IMG/VR virus record: IMGVR_UViG_3300044617_001156
From: a virus
Length of the DNA stretch: 64,000 nt
Reading direction: 5' to 3' (one strand)
The notes under the pieces: model-generated
What the model was told of the DNA's origin: nothing
Database searches by the model: none
The model's input: only the letters and a program-made list of their open reading frames with translations
Shown here: piece by piece, positions 47,079 through 55,220 of the stretch
Layout of the letters: each line of letters opens with the position of its first letter
Position numbering within the stretch: the first letter of the stretch is position 1
Program-made: the position numbers and the translations under genes

Positions 47079-47972
47079 ATGACTGAAAATACTTCAGCAA
47101 TTACTACACAAGAATTCACACCAAGCGCAGAAATATCTATTAGTTCTCTAAAAAGCGAACTTACACAATTACCAAAAGAATATTCTCCAATGTTACAAAA
47201 CATTCAGGAGAATTTACCTGTTATTCAAGCAACATCAGAGAACTTCTATAAGTCTCATTCACAATATATGAATGCGACTGTAGATATCACTGACCTTACA
47301 CCACTTCATAGTGTTCGGCATATTCTAGCACGTGTTGAACGTAAGAAAGCAGCACTTGCCGAAGCACAAATCAAGAGACGTAAGGATGATATTGAACTTC
47401 GCCGTAAGCAAAAGCAACTAGAAGAAACCACTGATGAGTTTGATCGCGAACTTCTAGAGATTGAAATCATTGAACTGATGAATGGTTTAACCTCTGGTGA
47501 GAATTACATCAAGGGTGCAATTCGGGAAATGTCCTTCTTGATGACCCAATATCAATCGGTTCTTGATAAACTAGGTAAGGAACACCTAACTGAAGAGGAC
47601 TTTGAAGAAGATGAAAAGCGTTATCACGTGATGACTGCTCTGAAGCAAGCACTCAATGCATCCCGTCCCCGTGGTGGTTTGATTGACGAAGGAAACTCCA
47701 TTTATCTGTTTGATATTGGAGTCAACGTCGCACACGCACAAGCAGAAATCTTCAATTATCTCAAACAAGAACAAGAGATGATTGAAAATGGGCTTGCTCC
47801 ATCACATGAAATGACGATGGAATGGTTGGAAAGGTGTGCTGATAAGTTCAAGGACTGCGGAACCCGATTTGCAGAAAGTCGTGGTCTTATTCCATTGGAC
47901 CAGAAATCATTAGCACAACCAGAACCAGTACAATTACTGAAAGGAACTACTGAACCTACTGAAGAGAACTAA
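47079..47972 (+). CDS. Coiled-coil hypothetical protein
   Basis: Charged helical heptads; embedded in the repeat-protein operon. Confidence 0.75.
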   Translation: MTENTSAITTQEFTPSAEISISSLKSELTQLPKEYSPMLQNIQENLPVIQATSENFYKSHSQYMNATVDITDLTPLHSVRHILARVERKKAALAEAQIKRRKDDIELRRKQKQLEETTDEFDRELLEIEIIELMNGLTSGENYIKGAIREMSFLMTQYQSVLDKLGKEHLTEEDFEEDEKRYHVMTALKQALNASRPRGGLIDEGNSIYLFDIGVNVAHAQAEIFNYLKQEQEMIENGLAPSHEMTMEWLERCADKFKDCGTRFAESRGLIPLDQKSLAQPEPVQLLKGTTEPTEEN

Positions 47973-47975
47973 ATT

Positions 47976-48707
47976 ATGAACTTCCATCTTGCTATCGGCA
48001 CACCAATGTATGGTGGTGCTTGTACCAGTGAATATACACAATCACTTTTAGCACTCACGGAAAGTGTAAAGAATAGTGGAAATGAGATTACATCAATCTT
48101 TCTTGGAAATGAAAGTCTTATTCAACGTGGAAGAAACACGATTGCTTATCACTTTCTAAACAGTTCTGCGACACACTTAATGTTTATTGATGCAGACATT
48201 AAGTTTAGTCCAAGAGATATTGCAAGAATGATTGCTGCCGATAAGGAACTCATTATTGGTCCAGTACCACTGAAAGGTATTGACTGGGAACAAGTGAGAA
48301 CGGCTGCATTGGAAGGCAAACAAGACCTTTATTCACATACTGGTGTCTTTAATATCAATCATCTTCCTGGACATTCAATGGTAAGTGAAGATGAACCATT
48401 TGAAATTGAACACGGCGGTGCTGCTTTTATGATGATAAGACGTGATGCTTTTGAAGCACTTATTCCTCATACTCCAACGTATGTAAATGGTGGTCGTTCA
48501 GTTCCTCCTGGTGCTGAGGTACACGATTTCTTTCGTGTAGAAATCAAACCAGAAACAAAACATCTACTCTCTGAGGATTATTTCTTCTGCGAGAGTTATC
48601 GTAAGATTGGTGGAAAAACTTGGATTGCCCCCTGGGTTCAAACGGGACATTTTGGTTCCTACCTATTCAACGGTAACTATTCAGAATTCGCTAAGTCTAA
48701 TAAATAA
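47976..48707 (+). CDS. GT-A-fold glycosyltransferase-like protein
   Basis: TPMYGG, ESLIQRGRN, LMFIDAD (DxD), SEDYFFC, H.G. Confidence 0.8.
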   Translation: MNFHLAIGTPMYGGACTSEYTQSLLALTESVKNSGNEITSIFLGNESLIQRGRNTIAYHFLNSSATHLMFIDADIKFSPRDIARMIAADKELIIGPVPLKGIDWEQVRTAALEGKQDLYSHTGVFNINHLPGHSMVSEDEPFEIEHGGAAFMMIRRDAFEALIPHTPTYVNGGRSVPPGAEVHDFFRVEIKPETKHLLSEDYFFCESYRKIGGKTWIAPWVQTGHFGSYLFNGNYSEFAKSNK

Positions 48708-48726
48708 CTAAAAATACCAAAGAACA

Positions 48727-49077
48727 ATGGCTATAACCCATCAAATGATAAAATACCGTCTCAATCCAGACGGAACCGTACCTGAATTCTTATGTAAAGA
48801 AGGTATGGGTGGTATTTTTCTAAAGTATGACCCAACCACTCCAGCACCACAAGACAATATTATGTTTGGTCTTAGTGAGTATCCAGTAACTACAGATACT
48901 CCTGGTATCGTTGGTATTCTCACAACTAAGACCGAACTCACCGCATATCTCAATGAGGTTCTTGCTGGTGCTACTCAACCAAACCCAGAAGACCCCCAAG
49001 GCGAACCCATTCCAGTAGATATCCCTGCTCAAGTAGAATGGGCGTGGGGCATTTATAAAGCACAAAACGGTCTCTAA
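48727..49077 (+). CDS. Hypothetical protein
   Basis: KYRL..DGT.PEFL; preceded by TAAATA. Confidence 0.75.
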   Translation: MAITHQMIKYRLNPDGTVPEFLCKEGMGGIFLKYDPTTPAPQDNIMFGLSEYPVTTDTPGIVGILTTKTELTAYLNEVLAGATQPNPEDPQGEPIPVDIPAQVEWAWGIYKAQNGL

Positions 49078-49094
49078 TATTTCTTTCCTACATA

Positions 49095-49898
49095 ATGACT
49101 AAATCATTCTTTTTTGACTCCGGACTTCCACGTTCCGGTTCAACTGCTTTCTCTTCCATACTCAATCAAAACCCACAAATTCACGCAGGGGCATTGTCTC
49201 CTGCGTTTGAATTAATGTATCAAATTCAATCTTATTTTGAAATCAGCGAACAAGCAAAGGCATATCCAAAACCAGAGTGTAATTCAAAGATTATCTCCAG
49301 TGTCCTAGAGAACTACTATAGTGATACAGAGAAACCTTATATTGTAGATAAAAGTCGTGCGTGGATAGGTCAAATACCATTCATAAGACAATATATTACA
49401 CAGAACCCCAAGATTATTTGTACGGTAAGACACCCACTAGATATTCTTGCTTCCTTTATTGATTTAATTCATAAGCATCCTAATGAGGTTTCATTCTTAG
49501 ATAAGGCGTTGATTTCTCAAAGAATATCACTGACTGACGATAATCGATGCGAGTTTCTAATGTCTCCTTCTGGAGTTGTTTTTAATTCAATGAATGGATT
49601 AGCAAAAGCATTCCACGAAGGTGATAGAAATTGTATTCACTTGATTGATTATGATGACTTAGTGAATAATCCAGAAGAAGTAATGAATGGTGTCTATGAG
49701 TTCTTGGAGTTAGAACCTTATCAACACGACTTCAATTCCATTACCAATAGTCACCGCGAAAGAGACACTGAGGTTTATGGACTAAGCACAATGCATCAGG
49801 TTAAAGGAACACTTGAAAAAACTTCACGTTCTTATTCTGATGTGCTGAGTGATACTGTGATAAATAAATACAGAAATCTTGATTTTTGGAACAAATAG
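49095..49898 (+). CDS. Sulfotransferase
   Basis: GLPRSGST, NQNP, DKSRAW, VR.P.DILASF, YDDLV..P. Confidence 0.9.
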   Translation: MTKSFFFDSGLPRSGSTAFSSILNQNPQIHAGALSPAFELMYQIQSYFEISEQAKAYPKPECNSKIISSVLENYYSDTEKPYIVDKSRAWIGQIPFIRQYITQNPKIICTVRHPLDILASFIDLIHKHPNEVSFLDKALISQRISLTDDNRCEFLMSPSGVVFNSMNGLAKAFHEGDRNCIHLIDYDDLVNNPEEVMNGVYEFLELEPYQHDFNSITNSHRERDTEVYGLSTMHQVKGTLEKTSRSYSDVLSDTVINKYRNLDFWNK

Positions 49899-50120
49899 AT
49901 GTCTGAGATCAGAGTTGATAAAATACAACCTGTGCTTAATGGAGGAACTGTTACTCTTACGGGTATCACTACATTCTCTGGTACTGGTTCATTGACGCCT
50001 CCTGGAGGTCTTCCAGAGCAAAGAACTTCGGCACCAAGAGCGGGGCAGATTAGATTCGTTCAGGGTGATCTTGGAAATGCTGTAGAATATTATAACGGTA
50101 CTACTTGGACGCAGGTATAA
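49899..50120 (+). CDS. Short fibre adaptor-like protein (N-terminal module only)
   Basis: MSEIRVDKI...P.G..EQR...GQIRF...EYYNGTTW. Confidence 0.7.
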   Translation: MSEIRVDKIQPVLNGGTVTLTGITTFSGTGSLTPPGGLPEQRTSAPRAGQIRFVQGDLGNAVEYYNGTTWTQV

Positions 50121-51220
50121 TGTCTTCTCTTAAAATCACAAATATCTCAAATAAGAATAATAATAGTGGGGCAGTTATCTCAGGTATCTCTACTGTCTCG
50201 AGTGGAAATTTTACGTTGCCTTCGGGTACAACGGGACAAAGAGTAGGAATTGAATCTGGTTCTCTGAGATATAACACCACAGATAATATTTTAGAGTTTT
50301 ATACTGGAACTAGTTGGCTTGCAATTTCGCAGACTTCTACTTCACTATTTTCTCGCGGTCTTTTTGGTGGTGGTTTAGTCTCACCTGCATTATTAAACGT
50401 AATAGACTACATCACCATAGCAACTACAGGTAATGCTATTGACTTTGGCGACCTTACAGTAGCACGTCGTAATCCAGCGGCTTGTTCTTCAAGCACTCGT
50501 GGTGTCTTTGGTGGTGGTTATGCTCCATCAGTAACAAACACAGTAGACTATATCACTATAGCATCAGTAGGAAATGCTACTGACTTTGGTGACCTTACTG
50601 TAGCACGTCCTGCGGCAGCAGGTTGTTCCTCAAGTACTAGAGGTGTCTTTGGTGGTGGTCTTACTACCCCAACAGAATCAAACGTAATAGACTACATCAC
50701 CATAGCAACTACAGGCAATGCCACTGACTTTGGTGACCTTACTTTAGGACGCCGAACACCGGCAGCTTGTTCTTCAAGCACCAGAGGTGTATTTTCTGGT
50801 GGTTATAGTCCAACAATCACAAATGTAATAGATTACATTACTATAGCATCAGTAGGAAACGCAATTGACTTTGGCGATTTAACTGCAGCAAGTCGTACCC
50901 AAGGCGGGTGCTCATCAAGCACTCGCGGTGTTTTTGGTGGGGGTCTTGCTGGACCAGCAGCAACAAACACAATAGACTACATCACCATAGCAACTACAGG
51001 TAATGCCACTGACTTTGGTGACCTTACTGACGCACGTTATTTATTAGCAGCGTGTTCCTCAAGTACTAGAGGTGTCTTTGGTGGTGGATATAGTCCAAGT
51101 AAAAGCATAATGGACTATATTACCATAGCAACTACAGGAAATGCAACTAACTTTGGAGACCTTACTCTAGCACGTGCTTATCTAGCAGCTTGCTCCAGCA
51201 ACCACGGCGGTCTTTTATAA
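50120..51220 (+). CDS. Six-repeat putative beta-propeller fibre-tip protein
   Basis: LPSGTTGQR..GSLRYN..EFY followed by 6 repeats; ends SSNHGGLL. Confidence 0.85.
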   Translation: MSSLKITNISNKNNNSGAVISGISTVSSGNFTLPSGTTGQRVGIESGSLRYNTTDNILEFYTGTSWLAISQTSTSLFSRGLFGGGLVSPALLNVIDYITIATTGNAIDFGDLTVARRNPAACSSSTRGVFGGGYAPSVTNTVDYITIASVGNATDFGDLTVARPAAAGCSSSTRGVFGGGLTTPTESNVIDYITIATTGNATDFGDLTLGRRTPAACSSSTRGVFSGGYSPTITNVIDYITIASVGNAIDFGDLTAASRTQGGCSSSTRGVFGGGLAGPAATNTIDYITIATTGNATDFGDLTDARYLLAACSSSTRGVFGGGYSPSKSIMDYITIATTGNATNFGDLTLARAYLAACSSNHGGLL

Positions 51221-51223
51221 GTT

Positions 51224-51817
51224 TCACCAGCACCACAGCACTCCCGAGTAACGAAGACCAGAAGTAACCTCATCAACACGATGAGGATAAAGAAATAAAC
51301 TAGGCCAAGCAATAATTGATCCTGCTTTTGGTTTGACCTTATAGTCATCCCAGAAGACTAATTCACCACCTTCATAATCATCATTAAAACAAATAATCAT
51401 ACTCAACACAGGAATACCTTGTTCGGGTGGAGTAAATAATGACTTAATGTGATCTATGTGGCAACGCATAATTTGCCCTGGAACATAACGATTAAAACGG
51501 ATTTTAGAGAACTTATTCATAATTTGAAGAGTTCTCTCACCACCACCTTCAAATAAGACCTTCTCATTATAAGAAGCACCAGCAGCAATCACATAAGGTG
51601 TGAGAAGTGCTTGAAGTTCTTCAGTGGTATTCTGTACGTCAAGTTCTTTGGTTGGTTCGCTATTAAAAGTACCTGCCTGAGCGTTATACCAGGTGTGTGG
51701 TTTCCATTCACGATTTCCAATATCTTGGATAACGTAATCGCAAATATTCTTAGGTATCAGACCTTCCTCTACAACAATCAGGTCTTTTAGTTTGCTTTCT
51801 GGTTGATTTAATGTCAT
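51224..51817 (-). CDS. Prolyl-4-hydroxylase-like 2OG-Fe(II) oxygenase
   Basis: HIDH...NDDYEGGEL.F...WPS.FLYPH.V..V.SG.RYS; ATGA overlap with the rSAM stop. Confidence 0.88.
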   Translation of the reverse strand: MTLNQPESKLKDLIVVEEGLIPKNICDYVIQDIGNREWKPHTWYNAQAGTFNSEPTKELDVQNTTEELQALLTPYVIAAGASYNEKVLFEGGGERTLQIMNKFSKIRFNRYVPGQIMRCHIDHIKSLFTPPEQGIPVLSMIICFNDDYEGGELVFWDDYKVKPKAGSIIAWPSLFLYPHRVDEVTSGLRYSGVLWCW

Positions 51818-52752
51818 ATTACCTCTGCGGATTTTAATGGTCTTGCCTGTTCGCACTTACGGCAGAATGCTTGTTGGAACTTTGCCTTCTGAGTTTGATA
51901 TTCTTCTGAGTTCAGTATTTCTCTTAGTGATTGTTCTCTTATGTTACCACAACTATAGTCCTGATGGTAATCGTGACAACAATAAAACACATTACCATTC
52001 ACACCGAAATATAAGTTCTCAAAGTAACCAGCAGAACATCCAAGTGGTTGGTCTCCCCAATCAATTTCACCATGAGCAATCTTCTGGGTATCACATTCTG
52101 CACCATCGAGTGTTCCTGCACGGTCAACTAGTCCAGTCATAGAGAAGTTAATCCCCGGAGGACAACGTTGGAACTTTTCATAAACCTTAAGAAACTCTTG
52201 TTTATGATTTTCGCTTCCATCACCATTCACAATGACTGTAATAGGAAAGTTCAACCTAGAAGAATTCTCAAAGAGATACATTAACTGATAGTACATTCGG
52301 TACATTACAGAAACCGAAGAACCAGTCATATCTTTCCACTTCTTCTCATCCATCGTTGGAATATTCAATCGAAACTGCTTGATATTCTGTGGATTTTCAA
52401 TCAACCAATCAGTGAGTTCAGTGGTAATCATACTTCCATTGGAAATATGTTCGTAACGGAACCCAAGGTCCGTCATGATTTGCAGTTTCTCTTTGAATGT
52501 ATCATCTAGATTTGGTTCATTATAAGTTGCAAATGAGATATCATTGAACTCTTGAATGCTGTAAACTGAACGGATTTCAGTGAGTATTCTTTTAAATAAA
52601 TCCAAGTCCATACACTGCTTAGGTGCAGGAGTATCATAAGCATTTGGACAGAACCAACACTTGTAGTTACAATGAGTATTATTTTCTATCTGTGCAATAC
52701 GATATCCAAATCCGTGAAACTCTGGAAGTGGACGTGCTAATGCTGAAGTCAT
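51814..52752 (-). CDS. Radical SAM protein with SPASM/twitch domain
   Basis: CNYKCWFC motif; C-terminal C...G.V..CC.D...GNI...FCRKC. Confidence 0.9.
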   Translation of the reverse strand: MTSALARPLPEFHGFGYRIAQIENNTHCNYKCWFCPNAYDTPAPKQCMDLDLFKRILTEIRSVYSIQEFNDISFATYNEPNLDDTFKEKLQIMTDLGFRYEHISNGSMITTELTDWLIENPQNIKQFRLNIPTMDEKKWKDMTGSSVSVMYRMYYQLMYLFENSSRLNFPITVIVNGDGSENHKQEFLKVYEKFQRCPPGINFSMTGLVDRAGTLDGAECDTQKIAHGEIDWGDQPLGCSAGYFENLYFGVNGNVFYCCHDYHQDYSCGNIREQSLREILNSEEYQTQKAKFQQAFCRKCEQARPLKSAEVI

Positions 52753-53378
52753 TTATTCAAAGGAAGATAAGTTAGACTATCAATGGAACCCAGAGAGTTC
52801 TTTGCAAAGGTATTAAATGCAAGACTAATTCTTGGAAGGTCTGCTTTATTTTCAGGAACACTATGAGTAAGATTAGATGGGAACAGGATAAGTTCTCCAC
52901 TATTCAAAGGAAGCAAGAACGTTGCACTATTAAAGTTATTCTGCTTTTGAATGTTTAGATTGAATGAATGAGTGTTTGGATTACGGAACTCAATCGGTGG
53001 TAGGTTCTCATTGATTTGGAAATAAAACACACCACTTACAATACTATTAGGATGTACGTGTTCGTGATGTTTCTTTCCTTTCTCACAGATATTACTCCAT
53101 GCCTGGGTAATCACAAGTTCATCAGTACATTCAAGGACATTATGTACGTAAAACTTAAGGTATGCTTCAATGAACTCGCGGATGGATGCAAGTTCAGGTT
53201 CATCTAGCAGAAAAGTATTGGTTGATTGCTTCGCGTATTCTTTCTGCGACTTTTCGTTTAACTTATGTTCTAAAGACTTTACGTATTCTAGTTCCTTTGA
53301 AAAGTCTTTATGGTACTTGGAAATAAGAACTGGTTTTGGAAAGAGTTGAATTAATTCAGGTTGTTTCGGGGTTTCCAT
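52749..53378 (-). CDS. 2OG-Fe(II) oxygenase (TIGR02466-like)
   Basis: LFP.P...H.HPNS..SGVFY...LILFPS.L.H.V..N...RISLAFN. Confidence 0.88.
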   Translation of the reverse strand: METPKQPELIQLFPKPVLISKYHKDFSKELEYVKSLEHKLNEKSQKEYAKQSTNTFLLDEPELASIREFIEAYLKFYVHNVLECTDELVITQAWSNICEKGKKHHEHVHPNSIVSGVFYFQINENLPPIEFRNPNTHSFNLNIQKQNNFNSATFLLPLNSGELILFPSNLTHSVPENKADLPRISLAFNTFAKNSLGSIDSLTYLPLNK

Positions 53379-53436
53379 AAACAAATAAGATTATTGATTT
53401 TCAGTATACGATATTTAGAGAGAAAGCACAAGGGGT

Positions 53437-53444
53437 TATAAATA
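53437..53444 (+). promoter_or_regulatory. T4-type late promoter TATAAATA
   Basis: Exact consensus 18 nt upstream of ATG 53463; ATAAATA variants precede most tail genes (e.g. 29817, 36308, 43838, 45938, 61744). Confidence 0.75.
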
Positions 53445-53462
53445 TCTAAAAAGTATAATAAG

Positions 53463-54749
53463 ATGTCCTCTAGAGCAGCCAGACTTGCTGGATTTTCTAC
53501 AAGTATCTCACCACCAAGTAACTTAACAGTTGGTGTTGTAACTGCTACAAGTTTCGTTGGAAATGTAACGGGAACTGCAACAGGATTAAGTGGAACTCCA
53601 AATCTTAATGTTGGCGTGATTACTGCAACTTCTTATAGAGGTGATGGTTCTCAATTAACTGGTGTTGGTATTGGTGCTTCTAGTAATGTAAATACAACGG
53701 GTATTGGTACTTTTGGTACTGTTGTTGCTACTAATGACCTTGATATACCGAATGGAACCACTGAACAAAGACCTTTAGTACCAGTAACAGGTTCTATAAG
53801 ATATAATACCCAGTCTTCTGTTATTGAAGTTTATGATGGGTCATCGTGGAAAGGTGTAAGTTTATTAAATACTACTTTAAGTGGTGATATTGGAGTTTTC
53901 TCAAGTTTTAACGAAACTTATTATATTAATATTGCATCAACTGGTAATGCCTCTGATTTTGGAGACCTTAATTTAACAAAAAGAACTCATGCTGCATGTT
54001 CTTCAAGTACTAGAGGTTTATTTGGTGGAGGAACCTTCCCCTTTAGTGCTCCAACACCTGTTTTTCTGTCTGATATACAGTACAACAATCTATCAACAAC
54101 AGGAAATAATAAGTATTTTGGTGAGTTAACGGTAGCACGTACCCAACTTACTGCATGTTCTTCAAGTACTAGAGGTGTCTTTGGTGGTGGTATCATTACT
54201 CCAGCAGCAAATAATACAATAGACTACATCACCATAGCATCACTAGGGAATGGAACTGACTTTGGTGATTTAACCGTAGTACGTAGTAGTCTTTCTGCAT
54301 GTTCCTCAAGCACCCGTGGTATTTTTGGTGGAGGTACTCCATTATCAAACATAATAGACTACATCACCATAGCAACCACCGGTAACGCAACTGACTTTGG
54401 TGACCTCACAGTAGCACGCAGTAGTCTTGCTGCATGTTCCTCAAGTACTAGAGGTGTCTTTGGTGGTGGTCTTACTACCCCAACAGAATCAAACGTAATA
54501 GACTACATCACCATAGCATCAGTAGGAAATGCAACTGACTTTGGAGACTTAAGTGTAACACGTAGATCTCTTGCCGCATGTTCTTCATCAACTAGGGGTG
54601 TCTTTGGTGGTGGTTATGGTCCAACAGCATCAAACACAATAGACTACATCACCATAGCATCAGTAGGAAATGCACTTGACTTCGGTGATTTAACTATGCC
54701 TATTTCTAATCTTTCTGGATGCTCTAATGCACACGGTGGTCTCTCATAA
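53463..54749 (+). CDS. Six-repeat putative beta-propeller fibre-tip protein
   Basis: IPNGTTEQRP..GSIRYN..EVYDG followed by 6 repeats; ends SNAHGGLS. Confidence 0.85.
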   Translation: MSSRAARLAGFSTSISPPSNLTVGVVTATSFVGNVTGTATGLSGTPNLNVGVITATSYRGDGSQLTGVGIGASSNVNTTGIGTFGTVVATNDLDIPNGTTEQRPLVPVTGSIRYNTQSSVIEVYDGSSWKGVSLLNTTLSGDIGVFSSFNETYYINIASTGNASDFGDLNLTKRTHAACSSSTRGLFGGGTFPFSAPTPVFLSDIQYNNLSTTGNNKYFGELTVARTQLTACSSSTRGVFGGGIITPAANNTIDYITIASLGNGTDFGDLTVVRSSLSACSSSTRGIFGGGTPLSNIIDYITIATTGNATDFGDLTVARSSLAACSSSTRGVFGGGLTTPTESNVIDYITIASVGNATDFGDLSVTRRSLAACSSSTRGVFGGGYGPTASNTIDYITIASVGNALDFGDLTMPISNLSGCSNAHGGLS

Positions 54750-54755
54750 GACCAC

Positions 54756-54784
54756 TTGACGAACACCACTAATCTCTATAGAAT
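54756..54784 (+). promoter_or_regulatory. sigma70-like promoter TTGACG-N17-TAGAAT
   Basis: Hexamers at 54756-54761 and 54779-54784. Confidence 0.6.
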
Positions 54785-54843
54785 ACCTTTGCTGGGTTTG
54801 AAGAACACCGGTATCTTAAAGTAAATAAATACTTAAAAAACTC

Positions 54844-55179
54844 ATGGCCGCAGTCGTAGCAGAGAACTTTAATCTTCAGCAAGGAGAGGACTTTGAACGG
54901 GTCTTTACGATTAAGAACCCAGACCAGTCTTTAAAGAACCTCTCAGGGTACTCTGGTACTGCTTATATGGCGAAGTATGCGAGTGATGCTACAACATATC
55001 CTTTTACTGTGGGTATTGGTACAACCACCAGTAAGATTACAATTTCAATGGCGAGTACAATTACTGCAACATTAGACCCTGGACGTTATTATTATAATAT
55101 CATTACCATTAACGGAAGTTCCAAAAAAGCAAAAGAAAGAGAAGGTTCAATCATTGTAAATGGGTCTGTTCTGAGTTAA
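54844..55179 (+). CDS. Small structural protein (Ig-like baseplate/fibre connector)
   Basis: QGEDF...NLSGY...T..L.PGRYYY.I...EG.I.V. Confidence 0.7.
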   Translation: MAAVVAENFNLQQGEDFERVFTIKNPDQSLKNLSGYSGTAYMAKYASDATTYPFTVGIGTTTSKITISMASTITATLDPGRYYYNIITINGSSKKAKEREGSIIVNGSVLS

Positions 55180-55220
55180 ACTAAATATCATTATGCAAAG
55201 AAAAGAAATCCAGAATTGCT

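Noticed and set aside
45080-54749. Diversity-generating retroelement as the source of repeat variation
   Set aside because: No reverse transcriptase in the window, no non-coding template repeat, and differences include indels and non-adenine changes.
45080-54749. CRISPR-like array (constant repeats with variable spacers)
   Set aside because: Repeats are in-frame, degenerate at third codon positions and lie inside long ORFs; no cas genes.
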